A model generated the notes under the pieces. It made no database searches. It was not told the DNA's origin and worked only from the letters and a program-made list of their open reading frames with translations. Of a stretch of DNA of 64,000 nucleotides, positions 35,490-49,184 are shown piece by piece. Numbering within the stretch: the first letter of the stretch is position 1; each line of letters starts with the position of its first letter. A program made the translations under genes and the position numbers. Origin of the DNA: Craspedostauros australis (lineage: Eukaryota); the NCBI GenBank assembly GCA_030167865.1, contig JALAGF010005467.1, positions 1 to 64,000 of the forward strand. The letters are read 5' to 3'.

Positions 35490-37695
35490 TCATGCGTTGA
35501 TGGACGACAGCGGGATGTCCTTGCAGCCCATTTCGACGCTGTTGAGAAGCGCCAGCAGGATGAGCTTGGTCGTCATGGCGACATTGGCCAGCTCCTGGCA
35601 GGGTGACGACGGTTTCTGGTCCCAGCCGTTGTTATCCACAATCGTGCTCAATTGGGCGAACGTCCGCCACATCATGGTGTCCCTCATTGGGCCGCCGGCC
35701 ACATCGATCGCTTCTCCGCTGCGGATCTCCTGCTTTCCAGCGGGCGACTCTCCCTTCTCGTACACCCTGTAGGATGCCAGGCCATCTGGATGCTCAAGGA
35801 CGAAGTCTTCCATCGTGGCGATGCTGGCGTCCGCATGCACCGCGATTGATTGGCGCGTGGAGAAGTCAGTGTAGGCGACCTTGAACGTCGCTTCTCGGTT
35901 CTGGAATGGCAAGATGATGGAACGGAAGAAACGGGATGAAAACGGTAGAATGGAACGATAGAATGTTGAGTATCATTTTCGGTGAGTGTGGTGGTAGAGG
36001 GTAGAGTGGAGCGGAGTTGAGTGGACGGTACAGAAACGCAAAATCATGCAATCTCCGTTTCATTCGCATGCCCCCGCACGCACATAAACGATTCATTCGT
36101 ACCCATACACATGCACTTACCTTTGTGAACTTGATCTTGCAGGTTGCACTTTGAAGTTCTCCATTCGCTCCCTTGACGTATCTGATGACTCTGGCAGACG
36201 TTGCGGTGCTGTCAACCCTGGCGAAGACAAGAACGCTGAAGAGGATGCAGAAACGACCCAAGGAACGGATGCACCCGGTCTGTGGGCTGAGCGGGAGCGA
36301 GACGCCCACCTTCTTGAGGTCGTCGACGTTCAACAACAGGTCGGCCTCGATGCTGTTGATTCGTCCGAACAGCTCCTCTCGCAGGACCCTGTCCATGAAT
36401 CGTTGCACTCTGTACTGGTGGATGAACATGGTTGAGAATTGGATGAACTTGCCTTGCTTCTTGGCATGATCGAGCTGCTCCACGAATTCTCCCAAATACG
36501 TTGACACGGGATCCTTGACAAGAACGTGCTTCTTGGCATCCAACGCCTGGATGACATACTTCTGCTCCAACCTGCGTGTGTATTTGCAAGGCCGAGTTCG
36601 TGATTTTGGAGATGGCGATACAGGTACGAGGATAGCATGAAAGCGAACCAGGAGTGGAAAGTCAAGAGTCAGCAAAAGGTGGTGGTGAGTTGAGTACTTG
36701 TTGTTGTTTTTTGCACGTGTGTATCCGTGTGGAGTATGGTAGCAACAGCAGCTCGTGGGTAACAATCATCACTTCCATTCGGAATGGCGCCATTGCGAGC
36801 ACAAGCCTGTTGGCATACCAGCGTAGAACTCCATCTGTGGGCGGGCGTTCGTTTCGTGGCCCGACAAGGGCTTCCGTTCGCAGCCAGCATACGAATACAA
36901 TCAAGAATGCGCATGTGGGCTTGCATGCCGGAAGTCCCATAGATGGGATAGGAACGCAATACTGAAACATTTCATGCGTGTTTGCGCAGACACTCACCCT
37001 GGCGGAACAACGACGTAAACAGCATCGATGTCCTTTCGCTTGAGCATGTTGCCGAATCCCTCGTCGCCGTGGCTGATCACGACATCGTCTCCGTCGTTGG
37101 GAACCTCGCTTCGGTGCGTGAGCATCCATTCCGACAGCGGCGGCTGGATGGCGTCGGATTCTTGCAGGAAGATGAATTCCGCAATCTCACACGACGAGGC
37201 CACCTTGGAGATGGCGCAGATGTTGCGGTAGTGCGCCTTGCCGGATGTGCGTTGGAGGAGCACGGCGATTCTCATCCTGTGATGATCCTGGTAGACGTTG
37301 CTGAAAAGGTGTCTGTGCTCCGCGCTCTTTGCGATGGCATCGTCCATCTTGAGATGGTGACGATGATGGTCGACGTCGCTCATGGTGGCATGATCGATGG
37401 GGATGAAATGGGCGGCGAGAGCCCTGTCCGGTCTGTTGGCCATCTGGGGATTGGATTGACAGAATGCGCTGGTGGATGCTGGTGCAAACATGGTGTTGCT
37501 GTCCATGCCGATTTTGCTGCTGGTCGCGTTGCTTTTGCCGTCTTTGTTGAGGCTGCTGCCACTGATTGTTTGATCTTTGTGATTGACGTTGTCAATGTGT
37601 TCAATGTGGTTGTTGTGAACGATGTGATCAATACAGTCGGAATGATCAATGTGATCGGTGTGATGGCTTTGGTTGACTGGGGCCTCGATTGTCAT
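35490..37695 (-). CDS. Divergent Gfo/Idh/MocA-like paralogue; 3 exons, start uncertain
   Basis: DIDAVYVVVPPG|LEQKYVIQALDAKKHVLVKDPVS, STMFIHQYR, GCIRSLGRFC. Exons ~37695-36998, 36571-36121 and 35900-35490 join in frame via GT-AG introns. Confidence 0.8.
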
Positions 37696-38718
37696 GATCT
37701 GACGATCTCGTGATCCGAGAGGGAGGGTGTGGTGGCAACAGAACGCAATCTCACGTTGTCCAACTTCGGGTGTGGCAGACACCTCTCTGACACGGTTCCT
37801 TTGCTCAGTTCTTTGCTCAGCTCCGTCGTGTCCTCCTCTCTCCTCTTGTGGCCTCTTGGTTTGTGTCTCGGATCGGATTGCGCTGCTTCCAGAGATGACG
37901 CCTGCCTTCGTTTTCGCTTCCTTCTCCGCGGGTTTGTGGTTGATGGTCCTGTTCTCATCGGCTCTTCCCTCCTCTCCCACACTCACGATCCCACACGTGC
38001 TTGTGACCACGAGGCCGTTGTCGTTTCCGTTTCTGGTTTTGCTTTTGTTCTCCCACCATCTGATTTGTTCGGTGAGACATCAGCATTCTTCTGCGACAGC
38101 AACATCAGCCATCAAACACGTAAACACAAAGCGCTCCTGATGTTGGAATGTCGTTACGACATGCGAACACCCAAAACCCGAACCCATCTGCCACAAACAC
38201 GGTGACGTGGAACAGCGTTCTCTTCGAAACTGGCGCTCATAGAATGTCGCTGTGACAACAACACCATCGATGACGTCATGAGTGGAATTCGTGAATGATA
38301 CACGAATGGTGATTGGAGGATACCATGTTGTGAGCCAATCAAACACGCTGAGGCATTGAGGAGGAACAAAACAAAGATACCGCACACAAAAAACAATAAA
38401 AACAATTTACCAAGCAAAGTGGCGTTTCCTGTTGTTCTTTGCGTGTCCCACGCGCCAAGCCCATGCCACTCCCCATTCTTTCCGTCAGCCAACGACACTA
38501 ACGCACATCGGGTGACGGCAACAACCCGAGCACCACCAAACGACAGCGACAGCACTACCCCGCTCCTCCAGGAACAAGGTATGCCAGCGGACGTTTTATC
38601 CGCCTCAAACTCACATTTATTGAATACTCATCCTGCAGGCAGTCTACAAGAAGCACCATGCGCCCGACAACGAGTACTCTACTAGAGTGTTCATCAATGG
38701 AGAGTTCAATTACCTGCA

Positions 38719-39720
38719 ATGGATGGAAGTTGCCGAAGCCACAGCAGTCGAGAAAGTGACGACACCCCGAAGGACGATGAGAGAGGCGGGGACAACCCAA
38801 GCGAGCCAATCACGCGCAGTGAGACTGCCAATGATGATGGAACTAGCGAAGAGCACAAGGAGGTTGCAACATCCAAGGCACGTCATGGGCAAAGCAGCCT
38901 CGGTGCCGAGGATCTGGATGCAGAGCAACTCGACGATGCCATGAATGGCACGGAGAAAGACTCGATAGGAATACCCATGATTCATCCGAACAGGCTGAAG
39001 AGTTCAACTCACATCCATGTAACACCGACACCGCAAAACGAACCATCGACCAACGGCGCACAGCATCGCTCGGCATCACTGGCTGCTGGCAGCACCACGG
39101 TTGTTGTCATTGCACCCACGGAAGCTAGCACCGCCCCATCACATCTGCCTTCCAACAGGCGTGTGCAACGACGCAGTCTGCGTCGTAGTCGTCTGTTCTC
39201 ATTCAATGAAACAGACGTCGAGAGCAACGGCCCTTCAAGACGACGTGCATCTTCGCAAGCAGGACCTTCACAACCAAAATCAAAGCAGCCAAACGACTCA
39301 GCCAAGACAAAGTCGCCGTTTGGCACCGCGTCGGTACTGACTGGGCTGCCAGCTGCAACGTTTCTGCGAACCCCCGATCATCCCACGTGGGGTTCGACGA
39401 GCTGGAGAACAAGCCCTCCTTGGGCCAACCAGCGCGATCACAAATACTGATACCGACATCGCCACCTGCACAGGTAACACCGCCAGCGCTAAAAACACCA
39501 GAGATGATACCTGATACGCAACCACAAGAGGTGTCATCGATCAAGGAGAGACCTACCGTAGTCCCGGGTGCGGTGCGGGTATCACATCGATCTTCGGAAC
39601 GAGAGAGAGGTTGGCCCTCATGCCGTGGTGTTCGATGAAAGTTGGAATTCCTTCTCACGGTTGCCCATCGCACCAACAACAAGATCAGTTTGGTGTGCAA
39701 CTCAAAGCAACACTGAATGG
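38719..39720 (+). pseudogene. Possible disrupted low-complexity coding remnant
   Basis: A 243-aa S/T/D-rich ORF appears to continue in another frame near 39390 (GFDELENKPS..PGAVRV). No domain recognised. Confidence 0.3.
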
Positions 39721-39945
39721 AGTGTCGAGTCCGCGGAGTGGGATTGTGTTGTACGGTCGGCTATTCACATTCGGCTCGCTGTTCCTATTGTGTGTGTACG
39801 AGTATGATATGACTACTCTCTATTCGTACTGGTACTCTCTCCAGTGTTTCGCTGGGGTACGAAGATGCTGTGCGTTGCATTCTCATGGACTATTGAGTAC
39901 AGTATACTTTATCTTGACATGAGACGCAGTCCGAATTGCGCCAGC

Positions 39946-41247
39946 TCAGTTGCGACGACCGCGCTTTCGTCTCTTGGCGTTCTTCTCCTCGAACTTGTGA
40001 CGCATCTGCTTGGTCTTGAACTCTATGAACTTGTCCCAGTACTCCTTCTCCTCGGCGTCCTTGAGGATGAACGCGTCGGCGACCTTGCTGTCCTTGATGG
40101 TCTGGTCGCCCGATTTGAGCTTGTCGGCAAGCTTGGCGACATCTTCGGTTGGTTCGCGGAATCGGATGGCCCCCTCGGTCTGTCCTCTGGAGTAGTCGAC
40201 GTAGATCTTCTTGTCCTTGACGGCGTCTACCGAGATCTCCATGGACTTCGACACGGCCTCCAGCAGCGTCTCACGATCGCACGAGTCTGGCAGTCCCTTG
40301 ATCTGGATGACGCAGCCTGGCTTCCAGTCGTACTTGTAGGTCGGCGGTTCCGCCTCCTCCGCATCGCCGGCTTCCTTTCGCTTCTTGCCGTACTTCTCCT
40401 CTCGCTCGGCATCCTCCTTGACCTTCTCCACCTTCCTCAATTCTACGTACTCAGCAAACATCATGACAGCGAGCTTGGATTTGGTGTCGCCCTCGCCAAG
40501 CTCCAACGGCGTGGATGGCTCCTGCTCCTTCCCGTCCTTCCATGTGAGCGTCGCGGCAGCAGCCTTTTCCGCGTCCTCGAGCTTTTCGAATTCCACCATG
40601 GCGTGGCCGATGGGGTAATTGCGCTTTCGCTTTGGCTTGCGGCTGCTGTCCCCAAGACCAATGTCAAAATCCCCCTTGTCATAGAATCCGGTGGAATGGC
40701 GGAGCTTGATCATGGCGACCTTGCCGTAGGAATCGAAGAGCTTGCGGACGTCCTCCACAGTGACCGCGTAGCGTGGCCGTTCCCTCTTGAACTTCCCATC
40801 GCCGCCGCCACCAGCATCGTCCTTCTTGTCTTCGCCATCCGGCTTGGGTGGTTGCGTCACGGGCACATTGCGCACGTACAAAGTGAGGGGGATGTGGCCC
40901 TGCATCATGTCCCGCGTGAATGGGTCCTTGCGAGAGATGTGCACCTTGGCATCATCGACCACCAGCAGATCGGGCAGCTCTGCGGCGGCCTTGGCGACGA
41001 CGTTGGCGTCCGTCGTGATTTTGCGAATGGTGTTGAATTTGAGGAGGGACTCGATCGGCACGGCACCCGCGGAGCCATCCTCCTGCAGCAGGTACTTGCG
41101 CAGGAAGTTGTCCTGTCGCACGTTGGCGTTGGAAAAGAAGAAGCCGAGGCGTTCCTTGACTGCGGCGACTTGTGCGGTCTCATCCGAGGCTTCTGGTGCA
41201 GCAGCGGCTGCCGCGGTTGCGTCTTCTGGCTTGCCTTCTGTCGACAT
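39946..41247 (-). CDS. La (SSB)-family RNA-binding protein (La motif, RRM, C-terminal RRM)
   Basis: RLGFFFSNANVRQDNFL, VPIESLLKFNTIRK, TLYVRNVP, AMVEFE, YVDYSRGQTEGAIRF, EEKEYWDK; basic C-terminus. Confidence 0.92.
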   Translation of the reverse strand: MSTEGKPEDATAAAAAAPEASDETAQVAAVKERLGFFFSNANVRQDNFLRKYLLQEDGSAGAVPIESLLKFNTIRKITTDANVVAKAAAELPDLLVVDDAKVHISRKDPFTRDMMQGHIPLTLYVRNVPVTQPPKPDGEDKKDDAGGGGDGKFKRERPRYAVTVEDVRKLFDSYGKVAMIKLRHSTGFYDKGDFDIGLGDSSRKPKRKRNYPIGHAMVEFEKLEDAEKAAAATLTWKDGKEQEPSTPLELGEGDTKSKLAVMMFAEYVELRKVEKVKEDAEREEKYGKKRKEAGDAEEAEPPTYKYDWKPGCVIQIKGLPDSCDRETLLEAVSKSMEISVDAVKDKKIYVDYSRGQTEGAIRFREPTEDVAKLADKLKSGDQTIKDSKVADAFILKDAEEKEYWDKFIEFKTKQMRHKFEEKNAKRRKRGRRN

Positions 41248-41851
41248 GCTGTCTCGTTACTGCAATGCTATTCGACTATTTGTGTGTGTGTGTGTGTTTG
41301 TGTTGTGGTCGTCTGTTCCGTGTATAACCCCATGGAAGATATAATACAATAGGTCTGGTCGCAGCTGCACTTGCTGGTGTGGCTGCCAAGGGAGGTTGTC
41401 GTCGCTGTTTCGTTGGTGGTGGTGTGTGTTCCCAACAAGGCTCCAAGTTTGAGGATCTTCGTGTTGTCCAAAACCACGACAGAGACGAGGGAACACAAAA
41501 TCCCGAACTCGGCCTCATGTTTCCTTGGCCATGCTCGCTGTTCTTCCTTCGTCCGTGAGATGGCTGCGACACCATCTCGAGTAGTTCGATTGGATCAATT
41601 CAGGTTCCTCGGAGAATGCGACCTTTGAGACGTGGATAAGGATGACTCAACAGTGACGTTCTTCGGCACGCCAAACACTTGAATGCGCAACGCCAACCAA
41701 CTCACCAACTCCAACAGCTCACACAACCATTATTGCAACTCATTCCTCTGCATTGCGATCAATCCCTTGGGGTCCTCCATTTGCAATTGCTGGGTCTTTG
41801 GCATAATTGCAACAACACAAGATATTCCAATCCATCAGTCAATCAATCAAC

Positions 41852-42856
41852 ATGGTCCGAGTCACCGCATTCACGTCTACGATCTTCGTGTTGCTGGCAT
41901 GCCTCGCATCCAACGTGGATGCCTACGCACCCTTGATGGGCGCCAAGGCCAGATCCATCACGACGGGCGACGATGTGGATCTCGGAGCCTATCTCTCCGA
42001 ACCCGACTCCGGCCGGACCATGCTCATCCTGGGCACGTACGCCGCTGATTTCAACGCCATCGAATACGCCCAACGCCTGCGGTACTACCTGCCGGAACTC
42101 AAGGAACGCTGCAACGTTTCCAAATTCGGCCTCCTGCTCAGCTGCCAACCGAAGGCCGCGAAGGCGCTGTCGGACGTTGTGGATTTGGATCTGGACGAGG
42201 TGGACGTCTTCGTCGATAACAAGGGCACGATCGCGCGGGAATGGGGCGTCGAACGCGGCTGGTTGCCGGAGAATGGCGACGTCAATCCCTTCCTCAAGCT
42301 GTTCGGTATGCTGTGGGGACTCGGTGCGTGGGCCACCTTGCCGGCCGTCATCGGCGGGTACCTTGGCAATCCGCTCAAGCCGCAGCGCTGGATTGAGGAT
42401 GCCTTGGCCGTTGGCCAGAAGAAGGGTCGCTGGCCCGACACCGCGTTGGACATGGCGTCGGATGGTTCCATCACCAACAAATTCTCAGAGCTTCCCGTCG
42501 TCGGGGATTGGCCGCGTCGGCCCTTGGAGCTTGCCACGCTGCGATTGCAGTCCATGGTGGGCATATCGATCAAGAATTGGAAGGAGCTGTCGCCCGATCA
42601 GGAGGCGTTGGATTCTGGAGTTCTCACTCAGCTCGGTGCCTGCATCGTGATCGATGCGGCATCCGGAAACGAATTGTACAGCTGGCGTGATCCTGGCATC
42701 TGCGCCGTTGCCAGCTTCGAGGACATCATCGAAGAGCTGGCCATGTCGACGCCAACTCCATCCGCCTCACTAGCGGAAGCAAAGATCGCAATCAAGGCGA
42801 CGACTACGACAACAGCTCCGACGACTGTGAAGGAGGATACACCTCTGAGCACGTAG
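41852..42856 (+). CDS. Thioredoxin-fold (AhpC/TSA-like) protein with N-terminal signal peptide, possibly plastid-targeted
   Basis: Signal peptide ending [50 protein letters not shown]. No CxxC. Confidence 0.75.
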   Translation: MVRVTAFTSTIFVLLACLASNVDAYAPLMGAKARSITTGDDVDLGAYLSEPDSGRTMLILGTYAADFNAIEYAQRLRYYLPELKERCNVSKFGLLLSCQPKAAKALSDVVDLDLDEVDVFVDNKGTIAREWGVERGWLPENGDVNPFLKLFGMLWGLGAWATLPAVIGGYLGNPLKPQRWIEDALAVGQKKGRWPDTALDMASDGSITNKFSELPVVGDWPRRPLELATLRLQSMVGISIKNWKELSPDQEALDSGVLTQLGACIVIDAASGNELYSWRDPGICAVASFEDIIEELAMSTPTPSASLAEAKIAIKATTTTTAPTTVKEDTPLST

Positions 42857-42942
42857 AGAATGAGTATTACGTAAATCAGTGCTCTGGAAGACTACTTGCA
42901 TAGATTATTCTTTTCGTTTCGGTGGTGTTTCCGTTGCTTTTT

Positions 42943-45900
42943 TTACATCATCTCGTCATGGCTTTCGAACGAATCGGATATTCCTAAGCTTTCATCGTCC
43001 AGAGTCGCATGCTGATCGAAGTCACTCCCATTGCCATGGCTGTCATCGTCGTCATCATCGTCATCATCATCCACAAAGTCTTCCTCTGATGATCCGAGAG
43101 AAATGGACTCTTCTTCGTCATCATCATTTGGTTTGACCGGCGGTGTCTTGCCATCCTCGTCGCGTGTGTGCATGGAGTTTGGCACACCTCGGAAATCCAC
43201 TTGGACGAGTGCTGCTCTCTTTCGTCGTGGTTGCGGTTGTGGTGTACTCGCGCTGGTGCCGGCATTGGCTTCGGCACCATTTCGTCGAGTCGCAACTAGT
43301 GGCACGTGCTCCTCAAAGTGAATGGATGTCAACTCTTTTCGAATCGGCCGTGCGATAAACCGTGCCACAGAGGTCATGTTTGCATTGCTGCCGTGTCCTG
43401 GCATCGTTGCTCCTGAATCAACCGTCGGCGATCGCGATCCAAACATCTGTGGCATGCTGCGTTGAGTACTCGCGGATGCGTCATGCAACGCGGCTTGATT
43501 GCCTGGAGACATTTCATCCAATCGCTTCCGAAATGTCGCAACAGCCCGTATCAAATATTCCGATACCTTGCCGTCACCACCATCACCAACAATCCCTCCA
43601 TCAGAGTGATTCAAGGAGAAAGTCGACGATGGCTTGACAGCGATCTTGCGTTTCTTTGCGACGGTCCATTCCGAGGCACCACACCATGCTTCCAATTTCT
43701 GGCAAACGTGCAGTCTTGCCAGATTCGTCAGCTCGTTGAAAGACTCGGCCGAGGCAGGGTCTGCCATACCTTCTGCCTTTTGGACCAACGAGACGCTTGG
43801 TTGGGCGGAACGCCATTCTGTGCACTGGTATAGCTTGTCTGTTGAGAGGGAAAGCATGAGCTTCGACGCGCTCGACACGGTTCGGCCGAAACTTGGTGGG
43901 AAGACCGTTCGATGGTGACGATACGTTTGGATCAGCACTCCGAATGTTTCGAATATTACTTCGACGTATCGGAAAGGACTGTCGCTGTTGCGACTCGGTT
44001 TGGCTGCAGTTTCTGTCCCTGGCCTCCGTTTGGTTGATCGAGTGGTAGGATCTACGAAGATCAGAGAAGCAATCGTCATGTGCAGCAGCACTTCGTAAGC
44101 CGAAGCGAGAGACGACAGCGACAGATCCTTGAAGGCGCATGTGGCGTCATATCGGATCATTGGTGTTTCATCCTTTTGAGGTCTGTAGTCGTCGTCGTCG
44201 TCATCATCATAGTAATAATCATCGCCGTCGTCGGCGGTGTCTTCAACGTGTTGATCGTTGTCGAGATCACCATCGTGTTGGCGGTGGTATTTCTGAGTCT
44301 GAGGGCTGTTGCCATTGCTGCGGTCGGTGGCACACACGGCCTTCCGGAGGAATTCCATGACTGTCTCCGTGCATGCCAACAGAAATCCAAGCAACCTCTC
44401 GGGTTGTTCCTGAACTTGTAGAATGCACAAGCTCCAATGCCTCCGCATGCCCTCAACGAAGTTTGTGCCCTTATCGTATCGTCTTGTCAAACACCGTGAT
44501 ATCTGATCATGGAGCTTGTTCTGGGCGCTTCCCTTTGTCACACCGCGTTGATTCGAAAGCAGTGATGAGTCGGTGCAATCATCCTTCAATGCGGCAAGCC
44601 CGTTGCATTGCGATTCTGATTTTAGATTCTTCAGAAGCTCCGAAACCGATGATGTCTCCGTGGCAGACTCTATCATTGATACAACCTCCAGCAGATGGAT
44701 GGAAAGATCGCCGAGCTTGCCGTTGCTCGCGCTCTGTTTTGTGGAAATTGGAATTGAGCCTTCATGAAGCATCGCCCAGCTCAGATCCAACATCGTATTC
44801 ATCATGCCGTAGTCGCCAGTACCATTGCTGTCAGCATCGGCTTCGGTAGAATGCGCTGCTAACAGGCATAGGATTTCCAGCAGTTGAAATGTCATGGCAG
44901 AATCTCGGCAACGACGAACATGGGATAGCAGAGAGTTGGCGACGGAATGTCGAATGGATGAATTTCCATCGCTGCGATCGTTCTCGTCGTTCTCGTCGTT
45001 CTCACCACGTCCACGATCGTGTGAGGGATAATTCAGGTCGAGGTGCTGATCAAGGTTGATGCTTAGATCGGCGACGCTGTGACGATGCTTCTGATTCGTG
45101 TGAAGGTGTCCATGTTTGTCCAGAGCATGCTTCAGTGGTCGTAGGAAGTGTTCCTCTACGCTGTTTCGAGACTGTTGCTTGCTCTTGCATGCCTCTCGGA
45201 GCGACAGCACCAGCAAATGGCAGTGCAAGAGGCTCTGCTTGTGAATATCACTTTGATGCAATTTCTGGAAGCAAATACGTATTGGGGGCGGACGGGACGT
45301 TAGAAGAGCGAACACGCACATTGCATCAAGAGTTGTATACTTCACGACACGAGCACAGCAAGAGGCCATCTTCGATACAGGTAGAGTCTCACCTTCCTCT
45401 TCGAAGATGATCGATTCGATGGTCCCTTCGCAGCTGAAATACGATTCAGCAATTGAACAAGATTGTCGAAATATTTCTCGTGGATACCGTCCCGGAGATG
45501 CATGCGTGAAATGCCGACGTGCGACGATCCGCTCTTTGCGTCGGTCACCTTCGGGACGTCACGTTCCAGATGATGGTGTTCGTTGCGATTTGAGTGCTGT
45601 TGTGGGTGCCGCTGTGGCGGTAGCCGGAGCCAGGTGATGAGTTGGTTCATACAATCAGTTGCCAGACGGAGCACCCGATAAGAATCATCCGTGGCGTCCG
45701 CTCGATTCGTGCCAAATTTGTGACTACGCAGAACTCTCTGGAGTTCTGGGCAACCCAAGCATGTCCAAAGAACTCCAGCATCGATGAATACGTTGGGTTG
45801 AAAGAACTGCTGAAATGCGACATCGATCGTTTCGCAGATTGTTTGGACGGTGGCGCCAAGATTCAATTGGTTGTCCTGCAATGAACCAATATCAATGTAA

Positions 45901-48900
45901 GTAAGCGTCGTTCAGAAGGGAAAGGGGAGATAGGAGGAATACGCACGATCACCGAAATTGGTGAGAAACTGGCATCATGTGGACCGGCGATCTTCTCCAT
46001 TGGAATGACGAGGCCTCAGCAATCCATCCTCTTCATTGTCGTCACCGTCAACAACATTGTTTCCTGTTCGTCTTACCTCGTTGAGCATCCTGTGAAGGAT
46101 ACTCCGTTTGCGTTTGATCTCTCTCGTCTGCTTGCTCAGTTGCTTGCCCGATTTCTTCTTTGGTGCCTCCATCGAGCGCACCACCATCTTCAGCATCTGT
46201 TTGATCACTGGCAGTTTGCCGCGAATGGTGAAGAGCTTGGCCAGCTGATAGCTCAATTGTCGAAGGGTGACGTCATTGGCGGCAACGTTGCCACTGGTGA
46301 CAGAGCTTGAAAATGACTGACCGCTTGCGCACACGGCTGGTGATAGATTTGGCGAATGGCCCCGGACTTGAGCATGAGCATGAGCTTGCGTCTGCATTGC
46401 CGCGAGTTCATCCTGGTGGTGTGTGTATAGATTGGAAAGAATCGCTGACGACAGACCCATTCCGATCAGCAGCGATAGGCAGTAGCGCTTCAGCTCCTGC
46501 ACAAGTCCAAGAATTCCATATTCTGGATTGATGCAAAAGAGGATTTCCTGCAGCTCCCGTTCGTGCAAGGTGAACTCTGCCTCGGTGCCGTTCAGCTCGA
46601 AGGATCCCAGGCATTGCTGCAGACATCGAAGCAGCATCATCTGCCTTGCTGTAGTAGCATTGAAGCAATCGAGGTAGGTGGACGAAAACTCGATCGGTGA
46701 CTTCAGCCATGCCTCCGGCTTCCATTTGGATGCTGCTGATGTGGGAGTCGACGGTGTCGATGATTTGCGGGTGAGAGCGATGGTGCGGCCGACTTTCAGG
46801 TACTCGTACGTCAAGTCATGAACCCATCTGCAGGTATCCATCCATGTCGAGGTGCTGTTGACTTTGGCATCGGTCAGAAGTGTGGATGTTGAAAACACGA
46901 GGTTTCGGGACGAGGGTGACTCCGCATGTCCGTTGGCGTTGTCGGTGGGGTGATGCTGCGGAAAGAAGCTGGTGTATGATTGGAAGCCCAAGTCGCCTTT
47001 GCTCTTGTGACTCTGGTGCTGAGCCAAGTACCAATCCAGGTTGAGGACAAGCCCTGCATTCGTGAGACCCTGCTGCATGACCTTGAATGCCCTGAGCCCA
47101 TCCTTCGGAGTTGGACAGCTGACAGCCATCGTCGTCATGCAGCACAATGCCTCGGATCCGATTCTGTAATCGATTTGACCGTACGTGGCATCCATGAATA
47201 GCTGGAACACGCAGTGCTTCAATCTATCACCTGCATCCCGCGACTCCAGGGCATCGTCTGTGTCGATGATGCGCCGGTACAGCCTCAGCGCGTTGATCAG
47301 CGATGTATCTGAAAGTCCCATGAGAAGGTTTCGGATGGCGCTGAGGATGAAGCCCCGCAAAGATGCTGAGCCAGCGTTCGTGTCGTTTTGAAGAACCGCA
47401 ATGACGCATCTGTTGATCATGTCGGCCGTCTCTGAACATTCCTCAGCTTCCAGCTCGGCAATTAGGTACCTGATTGTTGAGGACAGTTCCGTCCAGTCGT
47501 CGGACGATGCGATATCTGCAACGAAGCCGAGATATAGGCGCCGAGCAGGATCAACTCTCGTTCTTCTCTGAGTTCGTTGTCTTGGTACCTTGACCAGCGT
47601 TGCTGACAGTGTTGGTGATGGTGTTATTCGTGCTGCTGGTACTTCCGCTTGTGTTCCTATGGACTCACGCTGATTGGTTGTGGAGTGCTCCAGAGGTACG
47701 AGTACTTGTCGATTGCGACGTTTATCCGCTTGCTGCAGTCCCTCCAAGAAGAAGATTTTGGACTGCGAAGTCATTTGTTTGTATGTTGCTGTCATGCATG
47801 GCTTGAGCTGGGCGGAAGAAGATGCAGTGTCATGGGAGTCATCGTCAGCGTCGGATTGCATCAGTCGGACGAACCATGTCACCAAGGTTGTGGTCAAGTA
47901 GTCATTCGCAAGCACTGGCTTCATTTCTGGAATGCAGACCATCGCATCGAATGCGCCGTATGGGAATTTCCCGTTCATTCCCAGGAGCCGCACTGTGGAC
48001 AGTATGGATGCACGGTATTGGTTCATCTCGCAGAGTTTGAGCATGACGTAGACATCGACGCAAATGATCCGTGACGGATGTTTGAGACTTGTCATGGTAT
48101 GAGTGCGAGCCTGCTGAACGGTGCCCATTCCTTCATCATGGTTGAAAGTTCCTCCTAACAGTTCTTCAATGATGCAAAAATACGTCTTCGCAAAGCTTTG
48201 CTGAATCGGATGCCCTCGCTGCTGGTGCCGCTGGTGCAATTGGCACGACAGCGCATGACAAATGTCGGCGAGCAACTCCAGCCGACGACCTGACTTTCTC
48301 CCTCGATTGCGCACCATGCACCCAACCTCGTTTCGCAATGCATGTATACAATGTCGGACGTGAGCATCCGAATTGGAAATCGCGATAATCTCATGGAACA
48401 ACGCCGTGAAATCCTCATCTTCCACCCACGCCAATGATCGGATCGCAAATTGGAACAGGAAGTCTTCTTTATCATTGTCACCATCTCCATTCCCGATGGT
48501 AACAGCACGTCCCGTACCTTCCGCTGTCGCTTCTGTGTTTGTGGATGCAGTGCTCGGATGAGTATTGGCATGTTCATATCCATCTTCATCAGGATGAAGC
48601 TGTGCCAAACATTGTAGCAAGGCAAACACCATCTTTGGATTTTTACGCACGGCACTTTCGAAGGCTGGAATGACGTCGCGTTCGATTACGGTCTGGGCAT
48701 TGTCCTGGCTCAGCAAGAGTGCCAACGGTAGCATGTCCAAGTATAGCACCTGACAATCAGCGTCATCTCTTTGCGCAGAGATTGCCATCAGCAGGTTCTG
48801 GCGTAGATGCTGATGTGCCGTGCCGATGTTCTTGACGATTACCATGTAGATATTGCGCAGGATGCTGACCGGCAGTCCGTTCCTGTTGCGAAGCCGTCTC

Positions 48901-49184
48901 CATGCATGCAGGAACGCGGTGATTTCGTCCAGCAAATTCACGCAGTCTTCTTGCGTCGATTGCATGTCATGCTGTGCGTTAGTGATGGCACTGAGGTTGC
49001 CGCTGTTGTTGCCGCCGCTTTTTTTGGCATGGTCTTCGTTCGCGTCCTGTGGTTGCAGCATGGAGGAGCCATCATGGCACATCTCTGCCGAAACGCCGCC
49101 ATGTCTTTGTCTTCCAATCTTGGTAGACCATTCGAACAGATGCTGGAGCTTGCGATACAGGCTCTGTTTGTTGTCGCCGCCCAT
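42943..49184 (-). CDS. Very large helical protein, divergent FANCD2-like; 3 exons, start uncertain (49184 or 49391)
   Basis: Exons ..-46077, 45875-45393 and 45264-42943 join in frame via GT-AG introns, so the gene model is well supported. FANCD2 likeness rests on remembered patterns (SLAWVEDEDFTALFHEII; IICVDVYVMLKL..LGMNGKF) and is tentative. Confidence 0.5.

Noticed and set aside
39844..41352. 502-aa plus-strand ORF
   Set aside because: Antisense shadow of the La gene with no independent motifs.
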